In this document: one piece after another, positions 49,136-58,215 of the stretch
Numbering within the stretch: position 1 is the stretch's first letter
Layout: each line of letters begins with the position of its first letter
Sequence record: MW822011
DNA length: 64,000 bases
Direction: 5' to 3' (one strand)
Source of the DNA: Shigella phage TB004
The notes under the pieces: generated by a model
What the model saw: the letters and a program-made list of their open reading frames with translations, nothing else
Databases searched by the model: none
What the model was told of the DNA's origin: nothing
Made by a program: the position numbers and the translations under genes

Positions 49136-49170
49136 TAGTAAACAATAAACCTACTTTCTAAGGACCATCA

Positions 49171-49551
49171 ATGTATACTTTTAATGAATTTTTAGCCGAA
49201 ACGGAAGTAATCACCGAAGCCGGCGTACGTATGACAAAAGAGAAATGGCAAGCTGCTTACGATGCTATTTCTGGTACAAAAACTAGTACAGAGTTTTTCA
49301 AAAACGTTCAAGCCATGTACGGTATCGACACTTCTAGCCAAAAAGAATATTACAGAGCTTCTAAAGCATTCAAAGATATTGTTAGTGGTGGTGTTTCTGC
49401 TAAATCGGGTTCGCCTAAAGTAAAACCTGCTCCTACCATTCCTAAACCTGCGACCCCTAAAGCAAAACCTGAGCCTAAGCCGGAAGTAAAAGCACCTCCT
49501 AAAGCTCCTGCTCTTAAGTTTGATACTTCTAGCCTGGAAAAAAAAATATAA
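49171..49551 (+). CDS. hypothetical Lys/Pro/Ala-rich protein, 5' part of a probable split gene
   Basis: 126 aa ORF behind TATAAATA late promoter; ends inside an A9 run. Confidence 0.5.
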   Translation: MYTFNEFLAETEVITEAGVRMTKEKWQAAYDAISGTKTSTEFFKNVQAMYGIDTSSQKEYYRASKAFKDIVSGGVSAKSGSPKVKPAPTIPKPATPKAKPEPKPEVKAPPKAPALKFDTSSLEKKI

Positions 49552-49792
49552 ACAACTATCTTCGCTTGTTCGTGATATTGAATCCGATACATCTTCACTC
49601 GTTCGTGAATTCAATAGTCTTCGCAATGGCCAACATATCAACAACCTTGATACCCCAGACCTTTATCGTCTTTATTTGACTATCGAAGGTTTGAAGTATA
49701 CTCAACCACTTCACGATGCGATTAAAGAAAAACTTCGTCAGGCAGGTCGTTTGGCTGCTGACGCTGCTCAGTATGCAAAAACCCGTAAATAA
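49520..49792 (+). CDS. 3' part of probable split gene (+1 frame relative to 49171 ORF)
   Basis: Overlaps previous ORF by about 30 nt across the A9 run; no good independent start/RBS. Confidence 0.4.
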   Translation: MILLAWKKKYKQLSSLVRDIESDTSSLVREFNSLRNGQHINNLDTPDLYRLYLTIEGLKYTQPLHDAIKEKLRQAGRLAADAAQYAKTRK

Positions 49793-49870
49793 TTAAGTTA
49801 CAATCACTTAAGCCCCTTCCTATGGTTGGGGCTTTCGGGCATCTAGGGCAGATAAATTTTTCACAAAGTT

Positions 49871-49899
49871 GTTTACTTCTCCTTGAGGTATGATACTAT
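49871..49899 (+). promoter_or_regulatory. T4-type early promoter
   Basis: GTTTAC ... TGATACTAT. Confidence 0.5.
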
Positions 49900-49929
49900 A
49901 GACCTATCAAAACAAATGAGGAAAACATT

Positions 49930-50433
49930 ATGAGTCTTTATACTGAACTGAATAAAAAATCTGAAGAATCGCGTGACGTTGTTTTTAAAAATGTACAAAA
50001 GCGTATTTTGGAAAAGATGTATGATGCTGCATCTAAAGGTGAAAAATCATGCCGCTTTCCGATGAGATGTTCTACAGATTTATGCTCAAATACTATTGAA
50101 TGGTTAGAAAGCGAAGGTCTTACTGTAGAGAAAAACCCGGCGACTTCTATTGACGGTGAATCATATATTAGTATTTCTTGGGATAAACCACAGGTTAATG
50201 AGAAAGACGGTGATTGGGTTGTGGATGTTAAGACTTCTGATGGTGGACGTTCTGTTGAAGTTTCAGCCGTAGTTAAAGGTACACATGGGCAAAATAGCTG
50301 GGGATGTGGTGGTGAAGAAAAAGAAATTGTTCTTAGTGTGATTGCAAGGTCCACTAGCAATAAAATTGCCCAGAGCATCATCTATGCTGCGTGCATTGAA
50401 GCTGGAAAAATTTGCAAAATTAAAAATAAATGA
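49930..50433 (+). CDS. hypothetical protein
   Basis: 167 aa; early promoter cassette upstream. Confidence 0.55.
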   Translation: MSLYTELNKKSEESRDVVFKNVQKRILEKMYDAASKGEKSCRFPMRCSTDLCSNTIEWLESEGLTVEKNPATSIDGESYISISWDKPQVNEKDGDWVVDVKTSDGGRSVEVSAVVKGTHGQNSWGCGGEEKEIVLSVIARSTSNKIAQSIIYAACIEAGKICKIKNK

Positions 50434-50494
50434 TGTACAAACACCAAGGACGGTGTTACTATAGACCTATCAAATCAAATGAGAGGAAAATAAA

Positions 50495-50722
50495 ATGGCT
50501 AAAGTTAGTATTGATGTCGTTGATTATGAATACACAGAAGAAGTTATTCGCAACCGCCACCCTGAAGTTCGTATCGATTCAGTCCAAGATTCCAAGTTCT
50601 GGACAACTGAGCTTAATCTGAGTGGTTCTTATGAAGCCGTTAAGAAGTTCATGGTTGAAGAATACTGCGAAGGCATGCACCCGGAAGACGCCGAGTTTTA
50701 TGTCAATTTGATTAAAAAATAA
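50495..50722 (+). CDS. hypothetical protein
   Basis: 75 aa ORF with RBS GAGAGGAAAA. Confidence 0.5.
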   Translation: MAKVSIDVVDYEYTEEVIRNRHPEVRIDSVQDSKFWTTELNLSGSYEAVKKFMVEEYCEGMHPEDAEFYVNLIKK

Positions 50723-50792
50723 TTTACAAACTCTTGAGAGCAGAGTATAATGCTCTCATTGGATAATAAACCACCAATTGAAAGGTAATAAT

Positions 50793-51386
50793 ATGAACAC
50801 ACTGAAGAAACTTGTTGAATTCATCCGCACTAAACTGGGTACTGCTATGGCTAAAAATCTGACTGTCGAAGAACAGTATAACGCAGCTGCAGATAAGTTG
50901 ATTACCCAGATCAAAGAACTAAAAATGGCTTCTGTTAAATCTATTAATGAAGAAAAACGTATTCGCGAACTTGTTATTGAAAAGAATAAGCAAGCCGCTT
51001 CTAAGGAACGTGAAATTCGTAAGCTCCTGGCTGAAGGACAAGATGTTACCATGCATGCCAAGCTTGGTCTTCTGTATCGTCGAACTGCCGAACAACTTAA
51101 TACAAAAGCTGACGGGTATGCCGCTATGCGAATTGAAATTGCTCGTAAGGTTGTTGAACTTGACGATGCTCGTCAGAATCTGGCAATCAAACTCGAATAC
51201 ATTCGTGAAACTCGAGCAGCTAATGCCCTTGGTATCTCTACGGCTGATGATGTAATTGAAATCGCTGCACTGACTAAGGTTGATATCGAAGACACTCTGA
51301 CTCGTGTTGAAACGTTCAATGGTAATATTTCTGGGGTTGAAACTACCTCTGCCGATGTTCAGGAATATATTAATTCTCTGAAATAA
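50793..51386 (+). CDS. coiled-coil protein (PspA/IM30-like by composition; uncertain)
   Basis: 198 aa from ATG at 50793; heptad-rich, followed by GC hairpin. Confidence 0.55.
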   Translation: MNTLKKLVEFIRTKLGTAMAKNLTVEEQYNAAADKLITQIKELKMASVKSINEEKRIRELVIEKNKQAASKEREIRKLLAEGQDVTMHAKLGLLYRRTAEQLNTKADGYAAMRIEIARKVVELDDARQNLAIKLEYIRETRAANALGISTADDVIEIAALTKVDIEDTLTRVETFNGNISGVETTSADVQEYINSLK

Positions 51387-51391
51387 TGATA

Positions 51392-51407
51392 AGGGGCTTC
51401 GGCCCTT
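51392..51407 (+). terminator. stem-loop after coiled-coil gene
   Basis: GGGGC-TTCG-GCCCT (UUCG tetraloop). Confidence 0.4.
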
Positions 51408-51427
51408 ATTACTTGGAGTAAATAGGA

Positions 51428-52042
51428 ATGAAAATGAAAATGCAAAGTGATTTCAATTCAATGTTTGAAGAGTTCCAAAGACAGGTTGATGTTCCAGACC
51501 AATTACTAAATGCTCTTAAACGTATGGCAGAAGGACGTAATTATTATTGGGGTTCTTCATATGAAACTGATGAAAGTCTTTCTGGAAGATTTTCCAGAGG
51601 TAAAAAGTCTTTAATACGTCCTGGAATACTTATTAACAATATTGAATCAATTCATTTATTGACATGTGATTTTGATGTTGAATTTACTGATTTCATTTCT
51701 CCTGAATGGACAGTTTGTTATTTAAACGACGATTTTGATTATCTCGGTGTTTATAGTTTAAGTGACGCATGGTTTAAACGTAACTTACAAAAGTCAAATT
51801 TATTCTATATTGATACTACAGTAAAATTTCAGGGAAAGAAATATTTCTTTACTCTTATAGTTGATTCTGAAACGAAGCATGAAAATAAACGTATTCTTAG
51901 TAAAAGAAATATCTTGAATATTGTTGATGATCTTTTTGATAAATTAGTGGAAAATCCTAATTTTGAAAGTGATTTATTACTAGAAAAATTTGTTAAGGAA
52001 TGTAGAGAATATGTCAAAGCCATCACTATACCTTCCAAGTAA
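51428..52042 (+). CDS. hypothetical protein, member 1 of tandem family (soluble)
   Basis: 204 aa; C-terminal EKFVKECREY motif shared with next three genes. Confidence 0.55.
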   Translation: MKMKMQSDFNSMFEEFQRQVDVPDQLLNALKRMAEGRNYYWGSSYETDESLSGRFSRGKKSLIRPGILINNIESIHLLTCDFDVEFTDFISPEWTVCYLNDDFDYLGVYSLSDAWFKRNLQKSNLFYIDTTVKFQGKKYFFTLIVDSETKHENKRILSKRNILNIVDDLFDKLVENPNFESDLLLEKFVKECREYVKAITIPSK

Positions 52043-52403
52043 ACCTGTGAAGTATGAACTAAAGCGTCAGCTAATTCCTACTGATGTATTAATAGGTCCT
52101 GTGACAGCTATATCATTTGTAATTCTATTGATTGTTGGAATGGTTATAGACTTTATGACTGATATTGAATCTGGCGTAATATTTTTGTTAGTATTAATTC
52201 TTCCATTAGTAGTTCCATTTTTATTGGTACCTGTAAATTGGGTAGGATATTGGTATCAAGGAAGGCATTATCGTAAACGTGTACGTGAATGGAAAGCTCA
52301 GTGTAAAAAGATTGAAAAGGAACACCGGCTTAAACTCGCTGCGTATGAATTTGACGAAATTATGAAATTTGTTAAGGAATCACGATGCAAAAGCCAAAAC
52401 TAA
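52011..52403 (+). CDS. small membrane protein, family member 2
   Basis: 130 aa from MSKPSLYLPSKPVKY; two hydrophobic helices; C-terminal FVKESRCK. Confidence 0.55.
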   Translation: MSKPSLYLPSKPVKYELKRQLIPTDVLIGPVTAISFVILLIVGMVIDFMTDIESGVIFLLVLILPLVVPFLLVPVNWVGYWYQGRHYRKRVREWKAQCKKIEKEHRLKLAAYEFDEIMKFVKESRCKSQN

Positions 52404-52759
52404 ATAAAGTCAAATATTCGCTTCCTGAGTCATTTTTAATTTTTGCTGTGGCGTTGGCTGCAGCTCTTGCCGGTAGTCTTATTGGATTAATGATTGACTG
52501 TATTATTTTAAACATCCGCAGTAACGTCAGCGGTATAGTAGATATAATAGAAGTTTGGAGTGAACTTCATTATACTATAGCAATTTCATTATTTTCATTC
52601 TTTAGCATCATTTTATATTTTCATTATGATAATTTTAAAATAAATTGGCAAAGAAAAAAGGATTACAAAATACAATTAAAAGAATATAATAACTACATGT
52701 CTTATATTGAAAATGAATCAATGAAAGAGTTTGTGAGTGATTGTAGGAAAATCAAATGA
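52385..52759 (+). CDS. small membrane protein, family member 3
   Basis: 124 aa MQKPKLNKVKY...; two hydrophobic helices; C-terminal EFVSDCRKIK. Confidence 0.55.
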   Translation: MQKPKLNKVKYSLPESFLIFAVALAAALAGSLIGLMIDCIILNIRSNVSGIVDIIEVWSELHYTIAISLFSFFSIILYFHYDNFKINWQRKKDYKIQLKEYNNYMSYIENESMKEFVSDCRKIK

Positions 52760-52860
52760 TTTTAAAAACTCGCTGGTATGATTTAGATGATGGGGACGAT
52801 GGCATTTCAGTCGATAGAGTTGACTGGAGCGGCTGTTCCGAAGATATGAAAATTTGCTGA
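52756..52860 (+). CDS. very small acidic ORF (34 aa), not in ORF track
   Basis: ATG overlaps previous stop (ATGA); MILKTRWYDLDDGDDGISVDRVDWSGCSEDMKIC. Confidence 0.3.
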   Translation: MILKTRWYDLDDGDDGISVDRVDWSGCSEDMKIC

Positions 52861-52874
52861 TTAGGGAGTTTAGA

Positions 52875-53224
52875 ATGGGATATCAACCAGTTAAGCCATC
52901 TACTGCAACAGATGATAAATTCGTGTGTATTCGAAACGGCCGCGCTAAATTAACGAACGCTGATTGGTTTACAGGCAAGAATATGCTTCTATGGTATATC
53001 ATTAGTCTTCCTGTGTCATCATTCGTATTTTATTTCTTTGGAAAAAATCCAATGGATAGAATAGGAGATTGGGCTCTTTTTACTCTGCTTGTTAATATTT
53101 TTATAACAGCAATACTATCAGGAATATGGTGCGTGTTCATTGAAATGCCATGGCGGTTACGTAGACAGCAAAAGATTTTTGATGAAAAGAAATATACTCA
53201 AAATTTAAATAATTTTATCACCGA

Positions 53225-53243
<19 letters not shown>
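52875..53243 (+). CDS. small membrane protein, family member 4
   Basis: 122 aa from MGYQPVKP; two hydrophobic helices; C-terminal NFITECRKLK. Confidence 0.55.
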
Positions 53244-54210
<967 letters not shown>

Positions 54211-54214
54211 AGTT

Positions 54215-54244
54215 GTTTACTTTCTCCTAAAACTGTGATAGTAT
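54215..54244 (+). promoter_or_regulatory. T4-type early promoter upstream of ipIII
   Basis: GTTTAC ... TGATAGTAT. Confidence 0.5.
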
Positions 54245-54281
54245 ATTCACAGTTACTAATTAAAATATTTAAAGGAAACAC

Positions 54282-54849
54282 ATGAAAACCTATAAAGAAT
54301 TTATCGCTGGAAAAGGCCAAAGGCATTAATAAAGATGAGTGGACTTACCGAGGAAACGGCTTTGACCCTAAAACAGCCCCTATTGAACGATACTTAGCTA
54401 CAAAAGCTTCCGACTTTAAAGCTTTCGCTTGGGAAGGACTTCGCTGGCGTACCGATCTAAATATTGAAGTTGATGGGCTTAAATTTGGCCATATTCAAGA
54501 TGTTGTTGCTAGTAACTTGGATGCAGCTTTTGTTAAAGCTGACGGTGACCTTCGTCGCTGGAATTTAAAACTATTCTCTAAACAGAAAGGCCCGGTGTTT
54601 GTGCCTAAAGCTGGTAAATGGGTTATTGATAATAAATTAGCTAAGGCTGTCAACTACGCTGGTCTTGAATTCGCCAAGCATAAATCATCATGGAAAGGTC
54701 TTGATGCAATGGCCTTCCGTAAAGAATTTGCTGATGTTATGGCTAAAGGCGGCTTTAAGGCAGAAATAGATACCTCTAAAGGTACGTTTAAAGACGCTAA
54801 TGTTCAGTACGCTTACGCTGTTGCTAATGCAGCCCGTGGTAATTCTTAA
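54282..54849 (+). pseudogene. ipIII: internal protein III gene, apparently frameshifted after codon 9
   Basis: CTS MKTYKEFIA in frame 3 stops after 15 codons (54327-54329); body (…EKAKGINKDEWTYRGNGF…ARGNS) open in frame 1 from 54286; consistent with one extra G at 54309/54310. Confidence 0.7.
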
Positions 54850-54957
54850 TAAAGCCGAGTTCGAACCCGGTAATAGATAAATATAGAAACAGACAATTCG
54901 CACGCATGAATTGTCCCAAACTTAAAGAATAAAACTATTTACATTTAAAGGAAACAC

Positions 54958-55260
54958 ATGAAAACATATCAAGAATTTATTACTGAAGCGCGAGTGAGTG
55001 CAGGTAAATTAGAAGCCGCTATAAATAAAAAGGCCCATTCATTTCACGATTTGTCCGATAAAGACCGTAAGAAACTTGTAAGCCTTTATATTGACAAAGA
55101 GCGTATTCTCGCTCTTCCTGGCGCTAATGAAGGTAAACAGGCCAAGCCTTTGAATGCTGTCGAAAAGAAAATTGATAACTTTGCTTCTAAATTCGGTATG
55201 TCTATGGATGACCTTCAGCAAGCGGCTATCGAAGCAGCTAAAGTAATTAAAGGTAAATAA
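54958..55260 (+). CDS. ipII: internal protein II
   Basis: 100 aa, CTS MKTYQEFITE|ARV. Confidence 0.8.
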   Translation: MKTYQEFITEARVSAGKLEAAINKKAHSFHDLSDKDRKKLVSLYIDKERILALPGANEGKQAKPLNAVEKKIDNFASKFGMSMDDLQQAAIEAAKVIKGK

Positions 55261-55262
55261 CA

Positions 55263-55292
55263 GTTTACTTTCTCCTAGAATTGTGATAGTAT
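55263..55292 (+). promoter_or_regulatory. T4-type early promoter upstream of denV remnant
   Basis: GTTTAC ... TGATAGTAT, near-copy of the ipIII promoter. Confidence 0.5.
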
Positions 55293-55317
55293 ATTCATAA
55301 TTACTTGGAGGGGTAAA

Positions 55318-55541
55318 ATGACTCGTATTAATTTGACTTTAGTATCTGAACTTGCTGATCAACATTTAATCGCGGAATACCATGAATTGCCGCGTGTTTT
55401 TGATATAATTCGTAAACACGCGGCAAATGGAAAAATGATTATAATCCATGCAAATCAGCTATTAAGTTGAGTCAACAACGACTCGATGAAAAAATTTTAA
55501 TGAAGCCGCATTGGTATAAGTATTACGGCAAAAATATTTAC
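55318..55541 (+). pseudogene. denV: denV (endonuclease V, pyrimidine-dimer glycosylase) remnant with internal deletion and frame change
   Basis: N-terminus [28 protein letters not shown] then stop at 55468-55470; C-terminal homology SQQRLDEKILMKPHWYKYYGKNIY in a different frame; about 190 bp of the middle missing relative to the 138-aa T4 enzyme. Confidence 0.75.
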
Positions 55542-55692
55542 ATTCAAATAACATGGGAACAAGCTGGACCTCATGATTCTGTGAGGGATTCCCGCCAACC
55601 TGTAATAAGGTCGAGCCCAAGTGCGGTAATGGGTAAATACAGAAATGGACAATTCATGCGCCACGGAATGGCCCAAATTTAGAGATAACAAA

Positions 55693-56232
55693 ATGAGAAC
55701 ATTTTTAACTGGTCCTTATCTATCCCTGATGAATGCTTTTACACACCATTCTGATGCTAGAGTAGAAGAAATTTGTAAAAATGATTATATCCCACCATTC
55801 GAAGACTTACTCAAACAGTATTGCACACTTCGACTAGATGGTGGACGTCAATCCGGTAAATCAACTGCAGTAACTAATTTTGCCGCTAATTGGTTGTATG
55901 ACGGTGGAACAGTTATTGTTCTTTCTAATACTTCAGCTTATGCTAAAATTTCTGCGGGCCACATTAAAAAAGAGTTTTCTCGTTATTCTAGCGATGATAT
56001 TCGATTCCGCTTATTTACCGATTCTGTCCGTAGTTTTATCGGTAATAAAGGAAGCAAGTTCAGAGGTTTATCGCTTTCGCGGATTTTGTATATAATCGAT
56101 GAGCCTGTTAAATCTCCTGATATGGATAAAATTTACGATATTCATATTGAAACTGTGCACCACTGTTGCAATAGTAAATGCTGCATTGGTGGTATTACTC
56201 GTCCACAGTTTTTCATAATCGGAATGCAATGA
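55693..56232 (+). CDS. small P-loop NTPase-like protein
   Basis: Walker A GGRQSGKST and Walker B-like LYIIDEP; start at MRTFLTG. Confidence 0.55.
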   Translation: MRTFLTGPYLSLMNAFTHHSDARVEEICKNDYIPPFEDLLKQYCTLRLDGGRQSGKSTAVTNFAANWLYDGGTVIVLSNTSAYAKISAGHIKKEFSRYSSDDIRFRLFTDSVRSFIGNKGSKFRGLSLSRILYIIDEPVKSPDMDKIYDIHIETVHHCCNSKCCIGGITRPQFFIIGMQ

Positions 56233-56558
56233 TGACAGACACGCAACTTTTCGAATATCTTTATTTTTCGCCAAAAACTATTAAAAATAAATTGGTGAAT
56301 CATTTTGAAATTTTGGCAAATAACAACGTCTTGAGCGAATTTTATCCTAAGCAATACAAATTACAAAAAGGTGTATTCAAAGGATGCAGAGTTTTGTGCA
56401 CTGCTCCTAATGCAAGATTAATGAATAAAATTCCATATTTTACCATGGAATTTATTGATGGGCCTTTTAAAGGACTAATTACCCAAAGTTTAATGGCATA
56501 TGATTCTGAGCCATTTTTAATTAAAGAGCAATCTTGGATAAATTTATTTTCTAATTGA
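56229..56558 (+). CDS. hypothetical protein
   Basis: 109 aa, ATG overlaps previous stop. Confidence 0.5.
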   Translation: MMTDTQLFEYLYFSPKTIKNKLVNHFEILANNNVLSEFYPKQYKLQKGVFKGCRVLCTAPNARLMNKIPYFTMEFIDGPFKGLITQSLMAYDSEPFLIKEQSWINLFSN

Positions 56559-56566
56559 GAGGTTAT

Positions 56567-56929
56567 ATGAAAGCATATCAAATTCTTGAAGGCACGCATA
56601 AAGGTACTATTTATTTTGAAGACGGTATTCAAGCACGAATTATTGTCTCTAAAACTTTTAAAGAGGACTCTTTTGTAGACCCAGAAATTTTCTATGGTTT
56701 GCATGCCCGTGAAATTGAAATTGAAACACAACCTACAGTTAAAATTGAGGGTGGTCAACACCTGAACGTTAACGTTCTGCGTCGTGAAACTCTGGAAGAT
56801 GCAGTTAAGCATCCGGAAAAATATCCACAGCTGACCATCCGTGTATCCGGTTATGCAGTTCGCTTTAACTCTCTGACTCCGGAACAACAGCGCGATGTTA
56901 TCGCTCGTACCTTTACTGAGAGCCTGTAA
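56567..56929 (+). CDS. autonomous glycyl-radical cofactor (GrcA/YfiD-like; T4 Y06I equivalent)
   Basis: C-terminus [60 protein letters not shown] carries the RVSGY glycyl-radical motif; this part is GC-richer than surroundings. Confidence 0.85.
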   Translation: MKAYQILEGTHKGTIYFEDGIQARIIVSKTFKEDSFVDPEIFYGLHAREIEIETQPTVKIEGGQHLNVNVLRRETLEDAVKHPEKYPQLTIRVSGYAVRFNSLTPEQQRDVIARTFTESL

Positions 56930-57150
56930 TGGCAAAGATAATTATTGAAGGTTCTGAAGATGTGTTAAATGCTTTCGCCGAGTGGTTTAGTAATTCAGGC
57001 GAACAGCAATTTAATGAAGCGTGGAATATGGGTGATATTGATGGAATTTATCCTACGACAGAAATTTCTGTTCAAGGATATGGAATTCATGAGCCTATTC
57101 GTTTAGTTGAATATGATTTAGGTACTGGTGAGGAAGTAAAATATGATTGA
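56929..57150 (+). CDS. hypothetical protein
   Basis: 73 aa ORF, start overlaps upstream stop. Confidence 0.5.
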   Translation: MAKIIIEGSEDVLNAFAEWFSNSGEQQFNEAWNMGDIDGIYPTTEISVQGYGIHEPIRLVEYDLGTGEEVKYD

Positions 57151-57409
57151 AGATATTAAGGGTTATAAGCCACATACTGAAGAGAAAATCGGTAAAGTGA
57201 ATGCTATTAAAGACGCTGAAGTTCGTTTAGGACTTATCTTTGATGCTTTATACGACGAATTCTGGGAAGTGCTAAATAATTGTGAAGACTATGAATTCGC
57301 GAAGAATTATGCTGAAAGCATCGATCAGTTAACTATTGCTAAAACGAAACTCAAAGAAGCCAGTATGTGGGCTTGTCGTGCTGTGTTCCAACCAGAGGAA
57401 AAATATTAA
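57143..57409 (+). CDS. hypothetical protein
   Basis: 88 aa ORF. Confidence 0.5.
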   Translation: MIEDIKGYKPHTEEKIGKVNAIKDAEVRLGLIFDALYDEFWEVLNNCEDYEFAKNYAESIDQLTIAKTKLKEASMWACRAVFQPEEKY

Positions 57410-57687
57410 TGGCTCAATTAAGCGCAGGGTTTGGTTATGAGTATTATACTGCCCCTCGTCGTGTATCTGTTGCTCCTAAGAAAATTCAAAGTCTTGATGA
57501 CTTCCAGGAAGTAGTCCGTAAAGCTTTCCAGGACTATGCGCGTTATCTTAAAGAAGATTCACAGGACTGTCTCGAAGAAGATGAAATTGCTTACTATGAG
57601 CAGCGTCTTGAACAGCTTAAAAACCTACATGAGGTTCGTGCAGAAGTTTCAAAGTCTATGAATAAATTGATTAGATTTAAAGAATAA
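57409..57687 (+). CDS. hypothetical protein
   Basis: 92 aa from [12 protein letters not shown]. Confidence 0.5.
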   Translation: MAQLSAGFGYEYYTAPRRVSVAPKKIQSLDDFQEVVRKAFQDYARYLKEDSQDCLEEDEIAYYEQRLEQLKNLHEVRAEVSKSMNKLIRFKE

Positions 57688-57689
57688 CT

Positions 57690-57719
57690 GTTTACTTTTC
57701 CTCTTGACTGTGGTATAAT
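57690..57719 (+). promoter_or_regulatory. T4-type early promoter upstream of regB
   Basis: GTTTAC ... TGGTATAAT. Confidence 0.55.
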
Positions 57720-57746
57720 TTTTCTATCAGTTAAGAGGAGAATAAC

Positions 57747-58208
57747 ATGACTATCAACACAGAAGTTTTTATCCGTCGAAATAAGCTCCGTCGTCACTTT
57801 GAGTCGGAGTTTCGTCAAATTAACAATGAGATTCGTGAGGCATCAAAAGCAGCAGGGGTCTCATCGTTTCATCTAAAATATTCTCAACATCTTCTTGATC
57901 GTGCAATTCAACGGGAGATTGATGAGACATATGTTTTTGAATTATTCCACAAAATAAAAGACCATGTTTTAGAAGTTAATGAATTCCTGAGTATGCCTCC
58001 ACGCCCTGATATTGACGAAGATTTTATTGATGGTGTTGAATATCGTCCTGGGCGTTTAGAAATCACAGATGGAAATCTTTGGCTTGGATTTACAGTTTGT
58101 AAACCTAATGCGAAGTTCAAAGACCCGTCGCTTCAATGCAGGATGGCAATTATCAATAGTCGTCGTTTACCGGGAAAGGCTTCTAAAGCAGTAATTAAAA
58201 CTCAATGA
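57747..58208 (+). CDS. regB: RegB site-specific endoribonuclease
   Basis: 153 aa, early promoter upstream, position before vs/tk as in T4. Confidence 0.8.
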   Translation: MTINTEVFIRRNKLRRHFESEFRQINNEIREASKAAGVSSFHLKYSQHLLDRAIQREIDETYVFELFHKIKDHVLEVNEFLSMPPRPDIDEDFIDGVEYRPGRLEITDGNLWLGFTVCKPNAKFKDPSLQCRMAIINSRRLPGKASKAVIKTQ

Positions 58209-58215
58209 GGTAAGC

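Larger units (their letters stand above)
54853..55682 (+). repeat. two diverged copies of an ~80-bp intergenic element (downstream of ipIII and of the denV remnant)
   Basis: 54853-54930 vs 55598-55682 share GGTAAT..TAAATA.AGAAA..GACAATTC...CCCAAA; first copy holds perfect hairpin GACAATTC-N8-GAATTGTC (54885-54908). Confidence 0.6.

Noticed and set aside
50447-50462. Putative early promoter upstream of the 50495 ORF
   Set aside because: Only the extended -10 (TGTTACTATAG) is present; no GTTTAC -35 element at the right spacing, so not listed as a feature.
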